From an uncultured Planctomycetota bacterium (GTDB lineage Bacteria; Planctomycetota; Planctomycetia; Isosphaerales; Isosphaeraceae): a stretch of 64,000 bases of DNA. Below, piece after piece: positions 11,053-21,197 of the stretch (position 1 is its first letter; every line of letters starts with the position of its first letter). The position numbers were made by a program, and so were the translations under genes. Under the pieces are notes generated by a model. It had not been told where the DNA came from and did no database searches. It saw only the letters and a program-made list of their open reading frames with translations. The stretch is from assembly GCA_963845755.1 (NCBI GenBank), contig CAWJTV010000036.1, positions 320,001-384,000 on the forward strand. Direction: 5' to 3'.

Positions 11053-14000
11053 CTAGACTGGCCGCCTCCTCGGTACGCTCAACTCCTCCGTGAACCGCTC
11101 GAGAGCCACGTCATGGACCAGCTCGTGAGGCGAGGTCGAGTTGTCAATCGCCGACAGCGGTGCGACCGTGTTCCCGCTACGGGTGTCGAGTGTGCCGATC
11201 GCGGGGGTCGTCGGGGTGCTGACGGTTGTCATTCTGGGCGCGTTGTCCTGGCCGACTTCCACGGCGGCATGGGTCGCCGGAGGCGATGGGGTGACCGGAT
11301 CGATGAAGATCCCGCTGAGCACCGCGTTCACGCCGGCCTGGTGCGTGATCGTGATCGTCACATCGCCTTGCACCTTCCAATCCAGATACACGCCGTTCGT
11401 GAACGACGAGACCGTCTCGGTGTCCAGGATCTTCCCCGACCCCGCGTCGCTGATCTGGATCTGCTCGACCCGACTCGGCGAGCTTTGCAGGTCGAGGAAG
11501 TACAGCTCGATATCGTGCAGTTGCCCGTCGATCAGGTCCAGGTTCACCGTGAAGCTGGTGGGAGAGTACCAGCACTCCTCGATCCGGCCGGATCCGCCCG
11601 GGTTCTGGAGCGCCTGGGGAGCGGTCGTGCTGGCCGACCAGACGTGGGTCAATTCCCCGCTGGGCGAGACGGTGGCGTAGGGGGACAGGCTGGGCGTGTC
11701 GCCGATGACGTCGTAGCCCTGCGTGCCGTAAGTCTTGATCCAACTGCCCTGCGTCGTCGTGTCCGTCTTGAGGAACGTGGCCGAAGAGGAGGTCGTTGCA
11801 GCCGGATCGACGAAGATCCCGCTGAGCACCGCGTTCACGCCGGCCTGGTGCGTGATCGTGATCGTCACATCGCCTTGCACCTTCCAATCCAGATACACGC
11901 CGTTCGTGAACGACGAGACCGTCTCGGTGTCCAGGATCTTCCCCGACCCCGCGTCGCTGATCTGGATCTGCTCGACCCGACTCGGCGAGCTTTGCAGGTC
12001 GAGGAAGTACAGCTCGATATCGTGCAGTTGCCCGTCGATCAGGTCCAGGTTCACCGTGAAGCTGGTGGGAGAGTACCAGCACTCCTCGATCCGGCCGGAT
12101 CCGCCCGGGTTCTGGAGCGCCTGGGGAGCGGTCGTGCTGGCCGACCAGACGTGAGTCAATTCGCCGCTGGGCGTGACGGTGGCGTAGGGGGACAGGCTGG
12201 GCGTGTCGCCGATGACGTCGTAGCCCTGGGTGCCGTAAGTCTTGATCCAACTGCCCTGCGTCGTCGTGTCCGTCTTGAGGAACGTGGCCGAAGAGGAGGT
12301 CGTTGCAGCCGGATCGACGAAGATCCCGCTGAGCACCGCGTTCACGCCGGCCTGGTGCGTGATCGTGATCGTCACGTCGCCTTGCACCTTCCAATCCAGA
12401 TACACCCCGCCGGTGAACGACGAGACCGTCTCGGTGTCCAGGACCGTCCCCGACCCCGCGTCGCTGATCTGGATCTGCTCGACCCGACTCGGCGAGCTTT
12501 GCAGGTCGAGGAAGTACAGCTCGATATCGTGCAGTTGCCCGTCGATCAGGTCCAGGTTCACCGTGAAGCTGGTGGGAGAGTACCAGCACTCCTCGATCCG
12601 GCCGGATCCGCCCGGGTTCTGGAGCGCCTGGGGAGCGGTCGTGCTGGCCGACCAGACGTGAGTCAATTCGCCGCTGGGCGTGACGGTGGCGTAGGGGGAC
12701 AGGCTGGGCGTGTCGCCGATGACGTCGTAGCCCTGCGTGCCGTAAGTCTTGATCCAACTGCCTTGCGTCGTCGTGTCCGTCTTGAGGAACGTGGCCTGAC
12801 TGAGCTGCGCAACCATGATCGACACGGTCGCCGTGTTGCTCGTGGCGGTCCCGTCGGTGTCCTGGTATGTGAAGCTGTCCGAGCCGGTGAAGTTCGACGC
12901 CGGGGTGTAGGTGAATGACCCGTCGCCGTTGAGTGTGAGCGAACCGTGGGCGGGCCCGGCGACGAGTACCGCACCCAGCGCCGTGGTGTCGGGATCGGTG
13001 TCGTTGCCCAGCACACCGGGCTTGGCGACGGTCAGGGGCGTGTTCTCGCCCGCCGTGTAGCTATCGTTGCTGGCCACCGGCGGGGCCACGGTGAGGGTCA
13101 CGGTGGCCACATTGCTGCTGAAGTGGCCGTCGCTGGCCTGGTACGTGAAGCTGTCGGTCCCGACGAATCCGGGGTTTGGGGCGTAGACGAACGTGCCGTC
13201 GGAGTTGAGCAGGAGCTTACCGTCGCTCGGGTTGCTGATCAGACTCGCGGTGAGGGTCGTGCCGGGGTTGGGGTCGGTATCGTTGGCCAGCACGCTGCTG
13301 GGCTGCGCGATCGTGGTATTGAAGGCCACTTGACCGGTCAGAGGCGCGGTCGCCCCGTCGCTGTGCTGCACAAAGGTGGCGGCGAACGAGGTGATGGTCC
13401 CGGAGGAATTGTAGACCGCCTGAGATACCGTGAACTCGCCGGTGATGGAATCACTCCCGCGACCGTCGCCATACACGTCCAGGCCGGGGACGCCGGATGT
13501 CTGAGACGGGAAGATCGTGGCCCCGGTGTAGGTCCCCGGCATGAGCGGGCCCGAGTAGGGAGCCTGGAAGTCGAGCGTCCAGATTTCGCCGGACATCGAG
13601 ACCCCGATCTGGACCGTACTCGAGAAGGCTTGCGCGGTGATGGTGCTGTTGGCCGGCGTGAAGTCGTAAGGTATCCCCGCGCCGATGAAATCGCCCGGCT
13701 GGCTATTCATGACCACGAAAGTCGAGCCCGCGCCGGCCGGCAGCACCGAGTTCTCGGCGACGGAGTACGTGTCATTCTTGGCGGTCGGAGGAGAGTCGGG
13801 GGCCAGTGTGACCGTGGCGACGTTCGAGGTGCCCTGGCCGTTGTTGGCCATGTAGGTGAAGCTGTCGGTCCCCGAGAAGCCGGAGGTCGGGGTGTAGGTG
13901 AACGACCCATCGGTGTTGAGCGTGAGCGAGCCATGACTCGGCCCGCTGACCAGTTGTGCCGTGAGACTCGTGCCGGGCTGAGGGTTGGTGTCGTTGGCCA

Positions 14001-17000
14001 GCACACCGTTGGGCAAGTTGTTCGTGAAATTGAAGTCGACCTGTCCGGACAGCGAGGCGGTTGACCCATCGCCGTATTGAACGAAGCTGGCGGCGAACGA
14101 GACGATGTTGCCGGAGGCGTTGAATACCGCCTGAGATACCGTGAACTGGCCGGTGAGGGTGTTCGCCCCCCGGCCGTCGCCGCTGACGTTCAGGCCGGGG
14201 ACACCGGCCGCCTGGAATGGGTAGCGCGTGGCGCCGGTGTAGGTCCCGGGTACGAGCGAGTCCGGGGTCGGGGCTGCGAAATCGAGCGTCCAGGACTGGC
14301 CGGACGCCGAGACGTTGACCTCCACGGTGCTGGGAATCCCCCCGATCCAGAGGGACTGGGCGGTAATGGTGCTGTTGGATGCGGTGAAATTGTAGGTCTG
14401 CCCCTGGCCGATGAAGTCGCCCGGCTGGCTGGTCATCGTCAGGGAGGTCTGGCCGGCGGTCGTCGTCAGCGTCGAGTTCGGCGTGTACCCGTACGCATCG
14501 TTCTGGGCCAGCGGGACCCCCACCTCGAGGGTCACGGTGGCCACGTTGCTGTAGAGCACGCCGTCGTAGGCCAAGTAGGTGAAGTTGTCCGCGCCGATGT
14601 AATTGGTGGTCGGCGTGTAGGTGAACGACCCATTGCTATTGAGCGTCAGCGTGCCGTGCGATGGCCCGGCGAGGACCGAAGCGGTGAGCGCGGTGGTGCT
14701 GGGGTCGGTGGAATTGGTCAGCACGCCTGGGGCGGCGACCGTGAGCGCCTTGCTTTCCGCCGTCGCATAGCTTTGATTGGCCGCCACCGGCGGCTGGGCC
14801 ACCGTGAGGATCACCGTCGCCACATTGCTGTCGAGCTCGCCGTCGCTGGCCTCGTACGTGAAGCTGTCACTGCCGAGGTAATTGGTCGCCGGGGTATAGC
14901 CGAACGAGCCATCGGCGTTGAGCGTCAACGTGCCGTGCGATGGCCCGGTCACGAGCACGGCGGTGATCGGGTCGCCGTCCGGATCCTGGTCCGGGGTCAG
15001 CACGCCCGGGGCGACGACCGTGAGCGTGGTGTTCTCGGGGGCGGCATAGCTCTCGTTGTAGGCCACCGGCGCCGCGTTACCGCCGTAGACCACGATCGAG
15101 ACCGTGGCGACGTTGCTGTAGGCGATGCCGTCGAAGGCCTCGAAGGTGAAGCTGTCGGGCCCGGTCGTGTTCGTCGTCGGGGTGTAGGTGAACGAGCCGT
15201 TGGATTGGAGCGTGAGAGTCCCGTTCAACGGGGCGGAAACGAGGGAATAGGTCAGGGGATTGTTGTCGGGATCGTTGGCCGAGACCTGGCCGGTCAGGAC
15301 CGTGTTCTCGCTGGTGGTCGCGGCCTGATACGCGGCGATCGGCGGCGAGTCGGGGACGGACTGCGTCTCGAAGGCACCCATGTCGACGGCGCCGCTGGTG
15401 GGCCGGGGCAGACCACGCTGGTCGGTCGTGACGCCGCTGACGGCGACCCCGGCGCCGATGGCCGGACTGCCGGTCTGAAGGGCCATGGTCTGGGTGAGTC
15501 CACCGTTACTCGCCAGCGCGGCCAGCCCCGGGTTGGCGATGCCGACGAGGTTGCCGCCCATCCCACCGGTGATCCCGCCCGAGCCGCCGGTGCCGATCAG
15601 GTTATCGGTGCCGGCGACGCCGGTAGGATCGTTGCCGCCGATGTCGCTGGCGGCGCCGCCGGGGGCAATATTGCCGGCGACGATCGTGTCGGTCAGGGTC
15701 GCCGCGCCGGTGTAGCCGTAGAGGTTCAGGTTCGCGATGCCGCCCCCCGTGGCGGACGTATTGCCGCTGATCGTGCAGGCCGTCAGGGCCGTCGGGCCGT
15801 AGTTGGCCACACCGCCGCCGCCCACCAGCGCGGTGTTCCCGGTGATCGTGGTGTTGGTCAAGGTCGTGGTGCCGCTGCCGGTGCCCAAGCCGCCACCCCT
15901 CCCGGAGACGGAATTGCCGGTGATCGTGCTGCCGGTCAGGGTCAGCGGCCCGAGGCCGTTGACGCCGCCGCTGTAGGCCGCCGAGTTGCCGGTGAAGGTA
16001 CAATCCGTCAAATTCGCCGTGCCGAAGTCATTGAGGCCGCCGCCAACATTCGCGGTGTTGCCACTCAGCGTGCAGTCGGTCAAGTTCGCCGTGCCGGAGA
16101 ACCCGTTCTGGAGCCCGCCGCCAGAGGACCCGCTGCCGTTGTTCATGGCGGTATTGCTGCTGAGCGTGCAGTCGGCCAGGTTCACCGTGCCGTCGTTGCT
16201 GAGCCCGCCGCCATCTCCGAGTTGCCCCGCGGTGTTCCCGCTGATGGTGCAACCGGTCAGTGTGAGCATGCCGGTCTTCTCGTTTTCCAATCCACCGCCG
16301 AGACTGGAGCCGGTCGTGCCGGAGGTGTTGCTGGAGATCGCGGTGTCGATCAAGGTCGCAAGGCCGGCGTTATCGAAGGCGCCGCCGTTACCTTTGGCCG
16401 AATTCCCGCTGAGCGTGCAATCCAGCAGGGTCATCCAGCCGCGGTTGTACAGGCCGCCGCCATTGGTCCCCGCGGTGTTGCCGCTGAACGTGACGCTGGT
16501 GAACGTCATGAAACCGTGGTTGACCACGGCGCCGCCGGTGCCGGTGCTCGAGCCGCCCGAGATCGTCAGATCCGAGATCGAAGCCGTCTGTCCCCCCTGG
16601 GGAACGCCGTTCAAGGTGAAGACCTGGCCAAGCCCGCCGCCACTGACGGTCAGCGACCCGGCGCCCGGACCGTCGATGGCGAGCGCCCCGAATTGGTTGT
16701 CCAGGTCGAGGGGACCCTGGGCCAGGGTGATCGTCGCGGGATTACTCAGGTTGAAACTGATGGCGGCCCCCCCGGGGCTCGCATCCGCCTGCTCGACGGC
16801 CCAGCGCAGCGTCCCCTGGGCGGGGTTGTTGGCCGGGGCGCTGTCGGCCGTGCTGGTGACGGTGAAGCTCCCCGACAGCAGGCAGCGGTCCTCCAGCACC
16901 AACATCGCCGGCCTGACCCGGTTGCGAGCGCCGGCCCTACCCCACTTTCGCCCTCGTTTTTGGCCGCTCGCCCCGTTCCGCTCCGAACCCACCGCCGTAC

Positions 17001-17055
17001 CCATCCGCCGCCGGAACCATCCCGTGTGGCCGTTCATCGGTACTCTCCTCGTCAA
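11053..17055 (-). CDS. Large secreted adhesin-like protein: LEPR-XLL export motif, beta-helix repeats, choice-of-anchor-Q-like segment, tandem-95/Ig-like repeats, three C-terminal 169-aa repeats
   Basis: LVLEDRCLLS; GTLRWAVEQA; many GGGL.N.G..TL..CT.SGN repeats; TTDQRGLPR...VDMGAFE; repeated HGTLTLNADGSFTYTP...DSFTY..SDG..SNVATV. Confidence 0.88.
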   Translation of the reverse strand: MTRRVPMNGHTGWFRRRMGTAVGSERNGASGQKRGRKWGRAGARNRVRPAMLVLEDRCLLSGSFTVTSTADSAPANNPAQGTLRWAVEQADASPGGAAISFNLSNPATITLAQGPLDLDNQFGALAIDGPGAGSLTVSGGGLGQVFTLNGVPQGGQTASISDLTISGGSSTGTGGAVVNHGFMTFTSVTFSGNTAGTNGGGLYNRGWMTLLDCTLSGNSAKGNGGAFDNAGLATLIDTAISSNTSGTTGSSLGGGLENEKTGMLTLTGCTISGNTAGQLGDGGGLSNDGTVNLADCTLSSNTAMNNGSGSSGGGLQNGFSGTANLTDCTLSGNTANVGGGLNDFGTANLTDCTFTGNSAAYSGGVNGLGPLTLTGSTITGNSVSGRGGGLGTGSGTTTLTNTTITGNTALVGGGGVANYGPTALTACTISGNTSATGGGIANLNLYGYTGAATLTDTIVAGNIAPGGAASDIGGNDPTGVAGTDNLIGTGGSGGITGGMGGNLVGIANPGLAALASNGGLTQTMALQTGSPAIGAGVAVSGVTTDQRGLPRPTSGAVDMGAFETQSVPDSPPIAAYQAATTSENTVLTGQVSANDPDNNPLTYSLVSAPLNGTLTLQSNGSFTYTPTTNTTGPDSFTFEAFDGIAYSNVATVSIVVYGGNAAPVAYNESYAAPENTTLTVVAPGVLTPDQDPDGDPITAVLVTGPSHGTLTLNADGSFGYTPATNYLGSDSFTYEASDGELDSNVATVILTVAQPPVAANQSYATAESKALTVAAPGVLTNSTDPSTTALTASVLAGPSHGTLTLNSNGSFTYTPTTNYIGADNFTYLAYDGVLYSNVATVTLEVGVPLAQNDAYGYTPNSTLTTTAGQTSLTMTSQPGDFIGQGQTYNFTASNSTITAQSLWIGGIPSTVEVNVSASGQSWTLDFAAPTPDSLVPGTYTGATRYPFQAAGVPGLNVSGDGRGANTLTGQFTVSQAVFNASGNIVSFAASFVQYGDGSTASLSGQVDFNFTNNLPNGVLANDTNPQPGTSLTAQLVSGPSHGSLTLNTDGSFTYTPTSGFSGTDSFTYMANNGQGTSNVATVTLAPDSPPTAKNDTYSVAENSVLPAGAGSTFVVMNSQPGDFIGAGIPYDFTPANSTITAQAFSSTVQIGVSMSGEIWTLDFQAPYSGPLMPGTYTGATIFPSQTSGVPGLDVYGDGRGSDSITGEFTVSQAVYNSSGTITSFAATFVQHSDGATAPLTGQVAFNTTIAQPSSVLANDTDPNPGTTLTASLISNPSDGKLLLNSDGTFVYAPNPGFVGTDSFTYQASDGHFSSNVATVTLTVAPPVASNDSYTAGENTPLTVAKPGVLGNDTDPDTTALGAVLVAGPAHGSLTLNGDGSFTYTPASNFTGSDSFTYQDTDGTATSNTATVSIMVAQLSQATFLKTDTTTQGSWIKTYGTQGYDVIGDTPSLSPYATVTPSGELTHVWSASTTAPQALQNPGGSGRIEECWYSPTSFTVNLDLIDGQLHDIELYFLDLQSSPSRVEQIQISDAGSGTVLDTETVSSFTGGVYLDWKVQGDVTITITHQAGVNAVLSGIFVDPAATTSSSATFLKTDTTTQGSWIKTYGTQGYDVIGDTPSLSPYATVTPSGELTHVWSASTTAPQALQNPGGSGRIEECWYSPTSFTVNLDLIDGQLHDIELYFLDLQSSPSRVEQIQISDAGSGKILDTETVSSFTNGVYLDWKVQGDVTITITHQAGVNAVLSGIFVDPAATTSSSATFLKTDTTTQGSWIKTYGTQGYDVIGDTPSLSPYATVSPSGELTHVWSASTTAPQALQNPGGSGRIEECWYSPTSFTVNLDLIDGQLHDIELYFLDLQSSPSRVEQIQISDAGSGKILDTETVSSFTNGVYLDWKVQGDVTITITHQAGVNAVLSGIFIDPVTPSPPATHAAVEVGQDNAPRMTTVSTPTTPAIGTLDTRSGNTVAPLSAIDNSTSPHELVHDVALERFTEELSVPRRRPV
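11295..12797. repeat. Three near-identical 507-bp intragenic tandem repeats
   Basis: The same sequence recurs at 507-bp offset (for example antisense ORFs at 11735 and 12242), with only a few substitutions. Confidence 0.95.
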
Positions 17056-17670
17056 GGTGAAATGCTCTCAGCAACCTCTGGACGTGATCGCATCATTTGG
17101 AGCAGAACGGATCGCTCGTCGAGGGTCCGGTGCCGAAAATACGTCCCTGGATCGCCGCTGGCTCGGTCGCTGAGTCCCGGTCTCCAGAGGCCGTATTCCC
17201 AACGTTGTTGCGGGTTCCTTCGACGGACGCACCACTTCCCGGCTCCACCATGGATAGTATACTTACGTTCACTGTTCCTGGCAAGATCAAACTCGGGAGG
17301 TGCTGCGATTTTCCGATTCTTCGAGGGCTCCATGCCCGTCGTGGCCGTTGGATGTGTAAGAGCGATCACATGTCTGGGTGTCCGAGAAGCGACGTCGCTC
17401 CTGGCCCAGTTTCCGGGATCCTCTTCGGTTCCATAACCTCACGAAACAGGCGCACTTGTGGGCACGACCACACAAGAATTGAGGCATTGGAACAGAATGT
17501 CTCGGGGGATGCAAGGCATTAGCTGGATTCGTCAACAAAAAATTGACTTGAGACGTGACTTTCGCATCATCACCGGGAGCGCACGGGTTGCTCGCAGGAA
17601 CCCGAAGCGCCCGAAGCCGCGCAGGTGACGTTCCAGTCCGGGTTCCCCACTCCTGCCCAACCCAATCGCC

Positions 17671-18569
17671 TCACGCACTGCCGATCACGCCGAACCGGTG
17701 CCGGAGGCCGGCGATCCAGTCGGCAAAGTCCGCGGGCAACGGGGCCTCGATGCGCAGACCCGCACCGGTGAACGGGTGAAGGAATCCCAGCGCTTCGGCG
17801 TGAAGGGCCTGGCGTGCGAATGGGAAGGGAAAGGGCGGGCGGTCGGCGGGCCGGTAGACGACGTCGCTGACGACCGGATAGCCGGACTCGGCAAGATGGA
17901 TGCGAATCTGGTGGGTCCGCCCGGTCTCGAGCCGGCAGGCGACGAGGGTCGCTGCGGTGCCGAAGCGCTGGAGGACTTCGTAATGGGTGACGGCCGGCAC
18001 GCCCTGGCCGGCGACGCGGGCGGCCCCGCGGCGGCGGTCGCCGCGATCGGCCACGAGCGGCAGGTCGATCGTCCCGCTCGCCGGTTCCATCGCCCCCTCG
18101 ACGACCGTCAGGTACGCGCCGTTCGATGGTATGGGCGCGGAACAACGCCTGGAACGGCCGCAGTGCCCTGGGCGCGCAGACGATCAGGATCACGCCCGAG
18201 GTGTCGCGGTCCAGCCGGTGCACGATGCCGACATACGGACGGGTCTCACCCCGGGTACGGGCCAGGTAGCGCCCGGCGCGCTCCAGCAGCGTATCGGGCT
18301 CGCGAGCCGGCGTCGGCTGCGTCAGCAGGCCGGCGGGCTTGTCCACGATGAGGATCTGCCGATCCTCGTACAGCACCCGGATGCGCCGCGCCGCGGTTTC
18401 CGGCCGGGGCCGGTTCGGATCGTAATGGAACGCGATTCCGGACTCGACGTCCTGCCCCGGCTCGAAACACGTCTGACCGGCCACGTCCACCTGCCCCGCG
18501 CCTTACGGACTCCTGCGCCCTTCGCCGCGACAACCCGAACCGTTCCGAGACCAGTTTGTCCAGACGCAT
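17671..18569 (-). CDS. RluA-family RNA pseudouridine synthase with N-terminal S4-like domain (frameshifted)
   Basis: MRLDKLVSERFGLSRRRAQ, VDKPAGLL, IVHRLDRDTSG, LETGRTHQIRIHL, RQALHA across three frames. Confidence 0.9.
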
Positions 18570-18682
18570 CGCTCGCCTCTCGATCGGTCCGCCGGTCGGG
18601 TGTTCCGAGAGCACCGAATCCGCGGGCCATGGCCGATTCGGTGCTCACAGAGCACCCGACAAGAGGCTTTCTCGACACGCGC

Positions 18683-19090
18683 TCAGTCCTCGCGGCGACG
18701 ACGTCGCGGGCGTTCCTCCATCTCTTCGTCGCGGCCCTCCTCCGCATCCACGTTGGGCGTCGACGTCATGGCCTGATTCACCAAATGGTCTGCCAGCTTG
18801 GGATGGACCTTCAAGACCAGCTCCCGAACGATGACGTCGCTCAGGTGGCAGGCCGAGACGATCTCCTTCAGGTTCTCGCCGCCGGTCTTGAAGTAGGTCA
18901 GCAAGTACGTCCCCTTCTTGTGGCTACCGATCGGGTAAGCCAGCCGACGTTCATCCCACTGGCGAGACGCCACGATCTCCGAATGGTTCTTCATCAGGAT
19001 GTCGTGCACGTGCTTGACCGTGTCCTCCCAGGCCGTGGCGGCCTTGGAACTGTCCAGCAGAAACATTCCCTCATAAGTACTTGCAGACAA
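18683..19090 (-). CDS. rpsF: 30S ribosomal protein S6
   Basis: YEGMFLLD...WDERRLAYPI...KGTYLLTYF; downstream of rplY-pth. Confidence 0.93.
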   Translation of the reverse strand: MSASTYEGMFLLDSSKAATAWEDTVKHVHDILMKNHSEIVASRQWDERRLAYPIGSHKKGTYLLTYFKTGGENLKEIVSACHLSDVIVRELVLKVHPKLADHLVNQAMTSTPNVDAEEGRDEEMEERPRRRRRED

Positions 19091-19107
19091 TTGTTGGTTC
19101 TCCCTTT

Positions 19108-19176
19108 GTAGTAGTCAGTATTCAGTAGTCAGTAGTCAGTGGTTGGTAATCGGTAGTCGGTTGTCAGTAGTCAGTA
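19108..19176. repeat. Degenerate heptamer tandem repeat (TCAGTAG)n
   Basis: gtagtagtcagtattcagtagtcagtagtcagtgg...gtcagtagtcagta. Confidence 0.85.
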
Positions 19177-19544
19177 CATTCCCCGTCCTGGGTTAGAGAG
19201 TTCTTCAGTCCATTACTCAGGCGAGCGACCTCGTTTGTCAGACTGAACAACCCCGCGTGAAACCGTTCCGCCAGGTCGTTCAGACGGCATGCGATGATGA
19301 GCTGCGTTTCCACTTCCTGCAGCGAGCCGTACGCGATCGAGAGGTAGCGTAGAAAGTCTCGAGTCGCATGACGCCCCTACCCTTCGGCGATATTCGAGGG
19401 GACCGAGACAGCAGCTCGACGGAGCTGATTCGTCAAGCCGAACCGCTCCTTCGAGGGAAAATCTTCCGTCGTTTCGTATACGAGTACGACCAAATCCATG
19501 GCTTTCTGCCACACAATCAAATCTCGAAAATGTCTGACGCCCAC
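19164..19544 (-). pseudogene. Four-helix-bundle protein (23S rRNA intervening-sequence protein / bAvd-like family) with an in-frame TAG
   Basis: Hand translation from GTG 19544: [79 protein letters not shown] at 19377-19379. Not in the ORF track. Confidence 0.85.
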
Positions 19545-19555
19545 GGTTGCGTTTC

Positions 19556-19624
19556 CTACTGACCATTGACTTCTGACTCCTACGCCCTAACTACTGACTA
19601 CTGATTACTGACTACTGACTACTA
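19556..19624. repeat. Degenerate heptamer tandem repeat (CTACTGA)n, inverted relative to the 19108-19176 tract
   Basis: ctactgacc...actactgactactgattactgactactgactact. Confidence 0.85.
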
Positions 19625-20175
19625 TTAAAACGGTTCATCGCCACATCAACACCCTGGGTAACCCACACGGCGACAGCCTGGGTGGCGAGGATCTCGGCAT
19701 CGTCGATAATCGGTCGTTCGGAGCTTCGGAACCGGCTGAGGACAAAGTCCGAGGCGTCGCTGTTCTCGCGGTCGCCCAGGCCGATGCGAAGGCGGGGAAA
19801 CTGTTCGGTGCCCAGGTGGGCGGCGATGTCGCGGAGCCCTTTCTGGCCGCCGTCGGAGCCGCCCGGCCGGATCCGCAGCTTGCCGAGTGGGAGACTGAGG
19901 TCATCGCAGAGGACCAGGAGGTCGGCCGGCTCCAGCTTGTAGAACCGCATCGCCTGGCCGACCGAGCGTCCGCTGAGGTTCATGAACGTTTCGGGCTTCA
20001 GGAGCAAGACCCGGCGGAAGTCGATCTCGATCTCGGCGAGCAGGCCTTCGAACTTGCGGGCGAATGCCGGCCGGGCTCCTCCTTGCGCCAGGCGGTCGAC
20101 CACCTCGAAGCCGAGGTTGTGCCGGGTTGCCTGGTATTTGCTGCCCGGGTTACCCAGGCCGACCACTAATTTCAA
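19612..20175 (-). CDS. pth: Peptidyl-tRNA hydrolase
   Basis: LKLVVGLGNPG..Y..TRHNLGF, KPETFMNLSG, GGSDGGQKGL, RLRIG; TTG start at 20175. Confidence 0.93.
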   Translation of the reverse strand: MKLVVGLGNPGSKYQATRHNLGFEVVDRLAQGGARPAFARKFEGLLAEIEIDFRRVLLLKPETFMNLSGRSVGQAMRFYKLEPADLLVLCDDLSLPLGKLRIRPGGSDGGQKGLRDIAAHLGTEQFPRLRIGLGDRENSDASDFVLSRFRSSERPIIDDAEILATQAVAVWVTQGVDVAMNRFNSSQ

Positions 20176-20357
20176 CGTCGCCAACGCCGCGGCTCCGTCC
20201 CGACCGAACCGGACCCGACCCGAGCGAGGGCGGTCGGTCCCGACCCATCGCCAGGTCCGCGCCGCGGTGGTCAGGCTCGCGAGCCGGCGGACCGGGCCAG
20301 GCCAAACCAGGCCAGGCCAGGTCGCGCGGGGCGATCCGGACCACGACACGATCGGGA

Positions 20358-21014
20358 TCAGTCTTCTTTCTCTTTTTCTTTCCGCTCGGGCTTGATGACT
20401 TCGGGCTGCGTGAGAGACTCGGCGACCGCTTCGGTGGGCTCGGGGGCGGCGGCCCGGGTGACGACGTGGGCCAGCAGGACGTCGGGATCGGCGTCGACGC
20501 TGACATCCGTCGGCAGGGTCAGATCGCGGACGTGGACGCCCTGGTCGACCTGAAGGTGACTGACGTCGACCTTGATCGCGGACGGGATCGCCCCGGCCTT
20601 GCAGCGAATCCGCAGGCTCCGGACCAGATGTTCGAGGATCCCGCCCTCCGCGGTCCCGGCGGGCACGCCCCGAACTTCCACCGTCACTTCGGTCTCGATG
20701 ATTTCCTCGACATCGACCCGTGCGAAGTCGAGGTGCAGGACCTCCTTCCCGAGGTGGTCCCACTGGACGTCACGGATCAGGACGGTCTCGGTCGAACCTT
20801 GGCCCAGGTCGAGCTCGGCCAGGTGGCCCGGCGACTTGATCAGCCGCAGGACGTCGTCATGGGCCAGAGAGACCGGGACCACGGCCTGCTTGTGCCCGTA
20901 GATCACGGCGGGGATCCGGCCGACCTTCCGCATGCGCCGCGCGACGCGGGTACCCGTCCCCTTGTTCTTCGCCGAGTCGCGCAGCTCGACCCGGGTTTTC
21001 ACGGCTTCCGACAT
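20358..21014 (-). CDS. rplY: 50S ribosomal protein L25 / Ctc
   Basis: GRIPAVIYG, VLIRDVQWD...VLHLDF, and a C-terminal Ctc domain. Confidence 0.93.
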   Translation of the reverse strand: MSEAVKTRVELRDSAKNKGTGTRVARRMRKVGRIPAVIYGHKQAVVPVSLAHDDVLRLIKSPGHLAELDLGQGSTETVLIRDVQWDHLGKEVLHLDFARVDVEEIIETEVTVEVRGVPAGTAEGGILEHLVRSLRIRCKAGAIPSAIKVDVSHLQVDQGVHVRDLTLPTDVSVDADPDVLLAHVVTRAAAPEPTEAVAESLTQPEVIKPERKEKEKED

Positions 21015-21061
21015 CGATCGATCACTCTTTCCTTAACGCGGCCTTCGGCCGCAACCCAGGA

Positions 21062-21197
21062 GGAATTCCGAATTCCAGATTCGAGATTCCAGATTCGAGA
21101 TTCGAGATTCCGGAGTCGCGATTCCAGATTCAGAAATCCTCCCATCGGGAATCGGGAATGTTGAATCTGGAATCTTGATGATGGAATCGAGGATTCC
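21062..21197. repeat. Heptamer tandem repeats (GATTCCA/GATTCGA)n followed by an inverted tract
   Basis: gaattccagattcgagattccagattcgagattcgagattcc...gattccagattc then ggaatcgggaat...gaatctggaatc...tggaatcga. Confidence 0.75.

Noticed and set aside
11295..12797. Long direct repeats as mobile-element ends
   Set aside because: They are in-frame tandem domains of one ORF, with no transposase or target duplication.
19377..19379. TAG as recoded codon (pyrrolysine or alternative code)
   Set aside because: It is a single instance, TAG terminates other genes here (e.g. the PP2C and adhesin ORFs), and no pyl genes are visible. A nonsense mutation is simpler.
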